From contig JAUYBI010000021.1 of assembly GCA_030693145.1 (NCBI GenBank), forward strand, positions 1-50,704: DNA of 50,704 bases. The letters are read 5' to 3'. Positions 45,196-50,704 of this stretch are shown one piece after another. A program made the position numbers and the translations under genes. Below the pieces are notes generated by a model. It was not told the origin of the DNA, made no database searches, and saw only the letters and a list, made by a program, of their open reading frames with translations. This stretch comes from Candidatus Omnitrophota bacterium. GTDB lineage: Bacteria; Omnitrophota; Gorgyraeia; Gygaellales; Profunditerraquicolaceae. Within the stretch, counting starts at the first letter, position 1. Every line of letters begins with the position of its first letter.

Positions 45196-45806
45196 TGCAG
45201 CAGCTGGTAGTGGCTACAAAAAATAAAAAAAAGTTATCCGAGATAAAAGATATTTTAAAGGGCATACATTTAAAGCTGCTTTCTTTGGATGCCTATAAAG
45301 ATGTTCCGCTGGTAACTGAAAATGGTAAAACTTTTCAAGAGAATGCCATAAAAAAAGCGGTAACCTTGGCGCGTTTTACCGGCCAGCTTTGCCTGGGTGA
45401 GGATTCAGGGCTATGTGTTGATGCTCTAAATGGCGCGCCGGGGATTTATTCGGCGCGTTTCTCAGGCAGAGATAAGAGTGATATTAAGAATAACCTTAAA
45501 TTATTGAGATTATTAAAAGATGTGTTTGCGGTAGAAAGAAGAGCGCATTATGTTTGCGCCGTGGCTTTGGCTGATAAGCGCGGGCTAATTGGGGTGGTGG
45601 AGGGGAATTGTTCCGGTTTGATTGCTTTTGAGCCCGGAGGCAGCGCAGGTTTTGGTTATGACCCGTTATTCTATATTCCTAAATATAAAAAGACCTTTGC
45701 TCAGCTGGGAGAAAAGATCAAGCATAAAATGAGCCACCGCTACCACGCTTTAAAAAAGGCCAAGCGGATTATCGAGAAATATATTGTTAAGAGTAAGTGC
45801 TGTTGA
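45195..45806 (+). CDS. rdgB: Non-canonical purine NTP pyrophosphatase (RdgB/HAM1)
   Basis: VVATKNKKKLSE, EDSGL, GFGYDP, SHR motifs. Confidence 0.9.
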   Translation: MQQLVVATKNKKKLSEIKDILKGIHLKLLSLDAYKDVPLVTENGKTFQENAIKKAVTLARFTGQLCLGEDSGLCVDALNGAPGIYSARFSGRDKSDIKNNLKLLRLLKDVFAVERRAHYVCAVALADKRGLIGVVEGNCSGLIAFEPGGSAGFGYDPLFYIPKYKKTFAQLGEKIKHKMSHRYHALKKAKRIIEKYIVKSKCC

Positions 45807-45812
45807 TATAAT
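45784..45812 (+). promoter_or_regulatory. Sigma70-type promoter TTGTTA-17 nt-TATAAT feeding the tRNA-Pro/GIY-YIG locus
   Basis: -35 at 45784-45789 (inside the rdgB 3' end) and -10 at 45807-45812. Confidence 0.45.
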
Positions 45813-45837
45813 TAATCTTTCGTTATAGGTTACAAAA

Positions 45838-45898
45838 CGGGGAGTGGCTCAGTTTGGCTAGAGCGTCCGCCATTAAGGCGTTGGCGGGCGCTTGCTTT
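45838..45898 (+). pseudogene. 5' fragment of a tRNA-Pro gene (acceptor 5' strand, D arm, 22-nt foreign hairpin, anticodon-stem 5' strand), ending inside the anticodon loop
   Basis: 45838-45865 is identical to 46152-46179; hairpin TCCGCCA-TTAAGGCGT-TGGCGG at 45866-45887; GCG-CTTGC-TTT at 45888-45898. Confidence 0.8.
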
Positions 45899-45905
45899 TA
45901 GAATT

Positions 45906-46148
45906 ATGTTTGTTTACGTATTAAGAAGCGAAAAAGATAAAAGTTTTTATATAGGCTCAACTAAAAATGTAGAGCAGAGGTTTAATGGCCATAATAGAGG
46001 ACAAAGCTTATCTACAAAGTTAAAAAGACCTTGGGTATTAGCCAGAGTTGAAGAATACGAGAGTGATTCTTTAGCGCTAAAGCGGGAAAAGTTTTTGAAA
46101 AGCGCTAAAGGAAGAGGGATTGTAAGGAACCTATGTTCTTTTAGATAA
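45906..46148 (+). CDS. Minimal GIY-YIG nuclease-domain protein (80 aa, YhbQ/YazA-like)
   Basis: FVYVLRS...FYIGST...R...H...LKREKFLK pattern (GIY-YIG core with conserved Arg and Glu); no SD. Confidence 0.75.
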   Translation: MFVYVLRSEKDKSFYIGSTKNVEQRFNGHNRGQSLSTKLKRPWVLARVEEYESDSLALKREKFLKSAKGRGIVRNLCSFR

Positions 46149-46151
46149 TAG

Positions 46152-46226
46152 CGGGGAGTGGCTCAGTTTGGCTAGAGCGCTTGCTTTGGGAGCAAGAGGC
46201 CGTGAGTTCAAATCTCACCTCCCCGA
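46152..46226 (+). tRNA. tRNA-Pro(UGG), intact 75 nt
   Basis: Manual cloverleaf: CGGGGAG/CTCCCCG acceptor, D arm GCTC-AGTTTGGCTA-GAGC, anticodon arm CTTGC-TTTGGGA-GCAAG with G37, T arm GTGAG-TTCAAAT-CTCAC, discriminator A; no encoded CCA. Confidence 0.9.
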
Positions 46227-46243
46227 CATGTTAACACCCTGTA

Positions 46244-46356
46244 TTTGGTTAGAGCGTCCGCCATTAAGGCGTTGGCGGACGCCCGCCAAAGTATCAGTGG
46301 CGGGCGCTTGCTTTGGGAGCAAGAGGCCGTGAGTTCAAATCTCACCTCCCCGACCA
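46244..46356 (+). pseudogene. 3' fragment of a tRNA-Pro gene starting in the D loop, with a 47-nt two-hairpin insertion between the D and anticodon arms; complete 3' part with encoded CCA
   Basis: TTTGGtTAGAGCG at 46244-46256; hairpins at 46257-46278 and 46279-46303; 46307-46353 is identical to 46180-46226; CCA at 46354-46356. Confidence 0.8.
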
Positions 46357-46390
46357 GATTTGACACTGTGATTTAAGGAAATAAATTTTG

Positions 46391-47773
46391 ATGAACAAAA
46401 AAATCGTAACTTTAATTTTGGTTACAAGTATAATTCTTGTTGCCGGGCTTGTTCGTTGGGCCTCAGCAGAAGAACCATCTGAAAAGCTGCCAATTTCGAT
46501 TCCGACAGATAAAAATGAAGCACAAGAAAGGCTTTCGCAGGTTAAGGTTGCCTCGCTTTATGAAAATATAACCGATGGGGTTGCCATTGGTAGAAGTATA
46601 GACGATACGATTGCCATTCTAAAAGAGACAAAGACCGATTTAATATTTCGCGGATTTTGGAAGTGGGCGCCGGTTGTTGATTCGCCGGACAATATTTCTT
46701 CGGAATTGCTTAAGCTAACCGGGGATAAAAATCTTACCCCAAAGCAGGTTTCCGAGAATTTGAGAAAAAGCGGCCATTATTACCAAGAGCTGAAACGATG
46801 GATTTTTGCCATAAAGAAAGAGCTGCCTGACATTATTTTTGTTGGCGCAATTCCAGCTCAAACCCTTGCTCGGATTGAATTGAACCCTATAACAGGCAGG
46901 GTTTATACAACTGAGAAAACCTGGCAGATGGCGCTTGACCCTGCAAAATGGAGTATAGAACGAAATAGCAAACCAGTCACTAAGGAGCAATTTCAGGAAT
47001 GGTTTTATGGCATCCATCCATACGGAGGGAAATTAGAAAAATATGATTGGCGTAAAGTTTCAGCCTATTTTCCCGATATAACAAACCCTGACTTTCAAGA
47101 GCTTCTTTTGAGCTGGGCAAAAAAGCAGATAGATTCCGGTGCAGATGCTATCTGGATAGATATGCTTTATCATCAGGTAACACGCCTTGCCCAAATCACA
47201 GGGGACATGAATCATCCTTCAGTAAAAGAATCCGTTGCCGCCGCCTCAAAAATAGTGGATGAAATCCACAGATACGGACAATCCAGGGGAAAATACATCT
47301 ACGTGGGAAGCTGGCCCGGGCCTTTTGTTTTAGCGGAAGCTGCAAATCGAGAATTTCCCTATTCCCCGCCTGATGTGGATTTTATCACTATATCTCCATT
47401 GAACAAGGACGTCATGGATAAGAAACTGGATAATGTAAGATGGGGAAAAATTATTTCAATTATAAAAAATAAATTTAGGGGTATCCCAATTTTTTCATTC
47501 ATAGACTGGGCATTTGATGAGTCACAGACAGTAATTTTCTCTCAGAAATTAAGTAAGGAAGAGCAAAGGGGAGTGCTAAAGACATTTGATGAGTCTTTTG
47601 CAAAAATGGGAGTAAACTTTGTTTATCCTATCCATGGCGGCTATATGGGAAGGGGAGAAATCACCACCCATCTTGCCTGGAGCAAATACAGGATTTATGA
47701 CAGCTTCGCTCCGGAATTTGATACCTATGAAACAATAAAGGAACTTGCTTTAAGGAAAGCGGTAAAATATTAG
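46391..47773 (+). CDS. Secreted hypothetical protein (~460 aa), possibly TIM-barrel glycosidase-like
   Basis: Signal peptide MNKKIVTLILVTSIILVAGLVRWASA; the segment ADAIWIDML is weakly glycosidase-like; family not recognised. Confidence 0.6.
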   Translation: MNKKIVTLILVTSIILVAGLVRWASAEEPSEKLPISIPTDKNEAQERLSQVKVASLYENITDGVAIGRSIDDTIAILKETKTDLIFRGFWKWAPVVDSPDNISSELLKLTGDKNLTPKQVSENLRKSGHYYQELKRWIFAIKKELPDIIFVGAIPAQTLARIELNPITGRVYTTEKTWQMALDPAKWSIERNSKPVTKEQFQEWFYGIHPYGGKLEKYDWRKVSAYFPDITNPDFQELLLSWAKKQIDSGADAIWIDMLYHQVTRLAQITGDMNHPSVKESVAAASKIVDEIHRYGQSRGKYIYVGSWPGPFVLAEAANREFPYSPPDVDFITISPLNKDVMDKKLDNVRWGKIISIIKNKFRGIPIFSFIDWAFDESQTVIFSQKLSKEEQRGVLKTFDESFAKMGVNFVYPIHGGYMGRGEITTHLAWSKYRIYDSFAPEFDTYETIKELALRKAVKY

Positions 47774-47841
47774 CTTTTATATAACCTTTGAATTGAACGC
47801 GTTTTTATCGTATATTAGATAATTGAGATATCAAAATTAAT

Positions 47842-47915
47842 GCGCCTGTAGCTCAAATGGATAGAGCACCTGCCTTCTAAGCCGGTTGTTGGCCGTTCGA
47901 TTCGGCCCAGGCGCA
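47842..47915 (+). tRNA. tRNA-Arg(UCU)
   Basis: Manual cloverleaf: GCGCCTG/CAGGCGC acceptor, anticodon loop CTTCTAA, T arm GGCCG-TTCGATT-CGGCC; one U:C mismatch in the anticodon stem. Confidence 0.85.
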
Positions 47916-47951
47916 TTAGATTGACGATAAAACTAGGCAAACTTTAATTTT

Positions 47952-49154
47952 ATGAGAGACTGGAAAAAATTATTTACTATCGTTGCCATCGTAGTTATTA
48001 TTTTTAGCTTGGTCTATGCAGTTATTCTACTGACAGCTAAAACTATAATTACCAATAAAATCCAAAAGGCAACCGGATTAAAAACAAACATCAGCAAGCT
48101 CAGTATCCTGCCGCCGTTTAATATTGAAGCCAGGGGGTTTGAGATTGCCGGCCTGATAAAAGCTGACCGTGTTCATTTAGCGCCAAGTATTCGCTGTCTT
48201 TTATTCGGTAAACTCGTTTTTAATAAGATAGTAATTGATCGTCCGGAAGTTACTTATCAGCGCAATCTTCCGGCTGAGCCGGTTAAGGATAGCCGCGCTC
48301 CGGTTAAGGAAAGTCAAGGTGAACCGGTTGCTCTTGCTACTACGCAGGGCAAGGTTTTTCCTGTAATTATAAAAAGTTTAAAAGTTTATTCCGGCAGATT
48401 AAATTTTATCGACACAACGGCAGCTAGCGGAAAAATAAGCATTTTAATTAAGGATATAAATTTCTATATTACCAATCTAGCTACTTCTAGCACAAAAGGC
48501 GTAAGTAATTTTGATTTAAAGGGTAATTTATCCTGGAATACAGGTGAGCCTGATGGTAAGATTTTGCTGCAGGGTTGGCTGGATTTTTATAAGAAAGACA
48601 TCTCTGCTGTTTTAAAGGTTGAAAATATCGACGCGATTGTCTTTTATCCATATTATTCCACTTGGGTGGATTTGGGAAAGGCGCGTATTGATAAGGCCAA
48701 TCTTAGTTTTAATTGTAATATTAAAGGCCAGCATAATGATGTTACTGCGGATTGCCACCTAGAGCTGGTAGATATCGTGCGTAAAGTGCGTTTACTGGAA
48801 GAGCCGCAGCAAAAAGCAGAGAGGCTCACCGATGCAGTATTGGATATGTTTAAGTCTATGAACCAAGGCAAGGTGGTTTTAGATTTTGTCCTGCATACAA
48901 AAATGGACCGGCCGGAATTTGGTTTTGGTAATATCAAATCGGCATTCGAAGGTAAACTGATGCAGGCTAGATCTAGTGCTGGCTTAAGGCCTCAAGATGT
49001 GTTATCCTGGCCTGTTCGTTGGCTACAAAGCGTGATTAAAAGCGGCACGGATTTATCGAATGCGGCAATTGACGGTGTATTTGATTTAAGTAACGGCATA
49101 AAGAAGTTTTTTGAAGATAGGATGAATAAGCCGGTTTCTGCCCAGGCGGATTAG
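47952..49154 (+). CDS. Membrane-anchored hypothetical protein (400 aa), weakly AsmA/DUF748-like
   Basis: Single N-terminal TM followed by a beta-rich repetitive body; family call is tentative. Confidence 0.55.
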   Translation: MRDWKKLFTIVAIVVIIFSLVYAVILLTAKTIITNKIQKATGLKTNISKLSILPPFNIEARGFEIAGLIKADRVHLAPSIRCLLFGKLVFNKIVIDRPEVTYQRNLPAEPVKDSRAPVKESQGEPVALATTQGKVFPVIIKSLKVYSGRLNFIDTTAASGKISILIKDINFYITNLATSSTKGVSNFDLKGNLSWNTGEPDGKILLQGWLDFYKKDISAVLKVENIDAIVFYPYYSTWVDLGKARIDKANLSFNCNIKGQHNDVTADCHLELVDIVRKVRLLEEPQQKAERLTDAVLDMFKSMNQGKVVLDFVLHTKMDRPEFGFGNIKSAFEGKLMQARSSAGLRPQDVLSWPVRWLQSVIKSGTDLSNAAIDGVFDLSNGIKKFFEDRMNKPVSAQAD

Positions 49155-49172
49155 CCTTCTTTCCAAATTTAT

Positions 49173-49250
49173 GGTGGCTGTAGCTCAATTGGTCAGAGCT
49201 TCTGATTGTGGTTCAGAAGGTTGCGGGATCGTTCCCCGTCAGCCACCCCA
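49173..49250 (+). tRNA. tRNA-His(GUG) with encoded G-1 and CCA
   Basis: G-1 plus GTGGCTG/CAGCCAC acceptor, discriminator C, anticodon loop TTGTGGT, T arm GCGGG-ATCGTTC-CCCGT (atypical loop). Confidence 0.85.
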
Positions 49251-49263
49251 TCCTTCGGCGCGG

Positions 49264-49304
49264 AAATGCCTCTCCATTGGAAAATGGTGGAGAGGCATTT
49301 TCTT
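49264..49304 (+). terminator. Rho-independent terminator after tRNA-His
   Basis: 13-bp perfect stem AAATGCCTCTCCA/TGGAGAGGCATTT followed by TCTT. Confidence 0.75.
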
Positions 49305-49377
49305 GCTCAGGATGTAGTGAGCAAGGCCTTCGACGTGTTCCTTGCTCAGGCCGCGTCGAACTACAGACGTTAACTCT

Positions 49378-49656
49378 ATGTGGTATGTTTACATAATTCG
49401 ATGTTCAGATAATTCACTTTATACCGGTGTAACGACTGATGTCCCTCGACGAGTAAACGCACATAATCAGAAATCGGGCGGTAGCTACACTCGTATTCGT
49501 ACACCTGTTAAGCTAGTTTACCAGGAGAGTCATCCAACTCAATCGTCTGCATTAAAACGAGAAGCTCAAATCAAGAATTGGTCTCGCGCTAAAAAGCTTG
49601 CCTTGATAAAAGGTTGTTATAAAGAACTTGTTACCCTTGCTAAATCTAGAGACTAA
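49378..49656 (+). CDS. GIY-YIG nuclease-domain protein (92 aa, YhbQ/YazA-like)
   Basis: MWYVYIIRCSDNSLYTGVTTDVPRRVNAHN...ALKREAQIK; start moved to the ATG at 49378. Confidence 0.8.
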   Translation: MWYVYIIRCSDNSLYTGVTTDVPRRVNAHNQKSGGSYTRIRTPVKLVYQESHPTQSSALKREAQIKNWSRAKKLALIKGCYKELVTLAKSRD

Positions 49657-49745
49657 TATCGCCGAAATAGGCCAATTCCTTTCTTAGTTTATAGTCACTA
49701 GTTTATGCTAATATTGCAGAAATTACACAAAAGTTGTTTATAGAG

Positions 49746-49852
49746 AGGTCGTCCCCTTGTTGAATATTACTGTCCGTCCTCATGGGAGCCACCTCTCAAA
49801 TTTTGCCAATAGCTAGGTCTTCCCCTTGTGAAATATTAATGCCTGGCCTCAT
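49746..49852. repeat. Two 38-nt direct repeats (31/38 identical): AGGTCKTCCCCTTGT..AATATTA.TG.C.G.CCTCAT
   Basis: Copies at 49746-49783 and 49815-49852, 69 nt apart, upstream of the radical SAM promoter. Confidence 0.8.
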
Positions 49853-49861
49853 CTAATGGCC

Positions 49862-49890
49862 TTGAATTGACGGTTAATCCAAGGTATAAT
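49862..49890 (+). promoter_or_regulatory. Sigma70-type promoter TTGAAT-17 nt-TATAAT for the radical SAM gene
   Basis: -35 at 49862-49867 and -10 at 49885-49890; SD GGGAGAGG before the ATG at 49922. Confidence 0.5.
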
Positions 49891-49921
49891 CATTTCTAAT
49901 ATTTGCATGGGAGAGGACAGA

Positions 49922-50704
49922 ATGTCAATAGTAGAGCCTGTTATAAGACCACCGGCGGAAGCGGAGAGCTTTCTTTTACAGGTAACGCTCGGATGTTCGT
50001 CGGATAGTTGTAGCTTTTGCGGCGCGTATAAAAGTAAAACTTTTCGCGTTAAAGACCGAAAAGAGATAGCAGCGGATATAAATGGTTACGCACGCAGATA
50101 CCAAAACACGCGGCGTGTCTTTCTTATGGATGGTGATGCTTTTGTTCTGGCTAATACTAGGCTTGTCCCTATCTTAGAAGAACTGGATGTGGCCTTTCCT
50201 CGTCTAACCCGTATTTCAAGCTACGCGAACGGATGTAATATCACAAGAAAAAATGATTATGAACTGGCAGAGCTATACAAGCATAAGCTAAGCCTGATCT
50301 ACATGGGCTTGGAAAGCGGCAGTCAGGCCGTGCTTGATCGGTGCGGAAAATCTTCCAGTGTTGAAGAAATGATCGAGGCGGTCAATAAGGCGGCCAAGGC
50401 TCAGATAAAATCTTCCGTGATCATTTTGCTGGGGTTAGGCGGTAAGAAGCATTCCGAGGAGCATGTCAAAGGCACCATAGCGGCATTAAACAGGATGCAG
50501 CCAAGATACCTTTCATTCCTTTCCCTGATGGTAATTCCCGGCACGCCGCTGGCGAAAGAGGTTAGAAAAGGAGAATTTGAGGAATTGAATCCTACAGAGC
50601 TATTGAAAGAGTCTTATGAGATTATAAAGGGACTGCAGCTTAAGAAAACCGTATTTCGATCGGATCACGCTTCAAATTATCTCGCGCTGGAAGGGGCGTT
50701 CCCA
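49922..50704 (+). CDS. Radical SAM protein, 3' end outside the window (not in the ORF track because no stop is reached)
   Basis: Hand translation MSIVEPVIRPPAEAESFLLQVTLGCSSDSCSFCGAYK...MDGDAF...GLESGS...SDHASNY; frame is open to the window end. Confidence 0.8.
   Translation, partial: MSIVEPVIRPPAEAESFLLQVTLGCSSDSCSFCGAYKSKTFRVKDRKEIAADINGYARRYQNTRRVFLMDGDAFVLANTRLVPILEELDVAFPRLTRISSYANGCNITRKNDYELAELYKHKLSLIYMGLESGSQAVLDRCGKSSSVEEMIEAVNKAAKAQIKSSVIILLGLGGKKHSEEHVKGTIAALNRMQPRYLSFLSLMVIPGTPLAKEVRKGEFEELNPTELLKESYEIIKGLQLKKTVFRSDHASNYLALEGAFP

Noticed and set aside
45899-46151. Group I intron in the tRNA-Pro anticodon loop carrying the GIY-YIG ORF
   Set aside because: Only ~7 nt precede and 3 nt follow the ORF before the next tRNA. 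There is no room for a group I catalytic core, and the flanks are overlapping fragments rather than two exon halves.
49208-49396. 62-aa ORF overlapping tRNA-His and its terminator
   Set aside because: It is entirely explained by the tRNA, the terminator hairpin and the following hairpins.

Overview
The window is about 50.7 kb of mostly housekeeping chromosome from a bacterium with outer-membrane biogenesis genes (lolCDE-like, mlaEFD-like, lptFG). Its gene order nevertheless mirrors three classical Bacillus blocks: mcsA-mcsB-clpC-radA-yacL-ispD-ispF-cysE-cysS, tmk-holB-ricT-metG-tatD, and thiL-tsaE-tsaB. Other content includes lysS, ilvE, a DUF362 protein, mtnA, alr, comF, pyrE, a Maf-M48 fusion, a clan GH-A glycosidase, smpB with tmRNA, an amidase, murI, queDCEF, class I fumarase subunits, rph and rdgB. 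The RNA genes I can support are tmRNA, tRNA-Leu(CAG), tRNA-Pro(UGG), tRNA-Arg(UCU) and tRNA-His(GUG). Five places do not look like core genome.
1. At 45.8-46.4 kb a tRNA-Pro locus is broken into overlapping fragments around a cassette made of a minimal GIY-YIG ORF plus an intact tRNA-Pro. A second tRNA/GIY-YIG pair sits at 49.2-49.7 kb.
2. At 17.5-19.4 kb, between cysS and tmk, lies an AT-rich islet. It carries recombinase remnants and a two-gene cargo (a small secreted protein and a DUF3800 protein), and it is bracketed by two GC-rich structured elements that begin with similar 15-mers.
3. A modular family of GTAG...CTAC palindromes centred on GTTTAAAC occurs at four intergenic loci and looks REP-like.
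4. Several consensus sigma70-like promoters sit so close to their ATG that the mRNAs would be leaderless.
5. At the left edge an HD-GYP gene is truncated next to a gene whose translation start lies inside a hairpin.
There is no CRISPR array. All family assignments come from motif recognition by eye; no searches were run.
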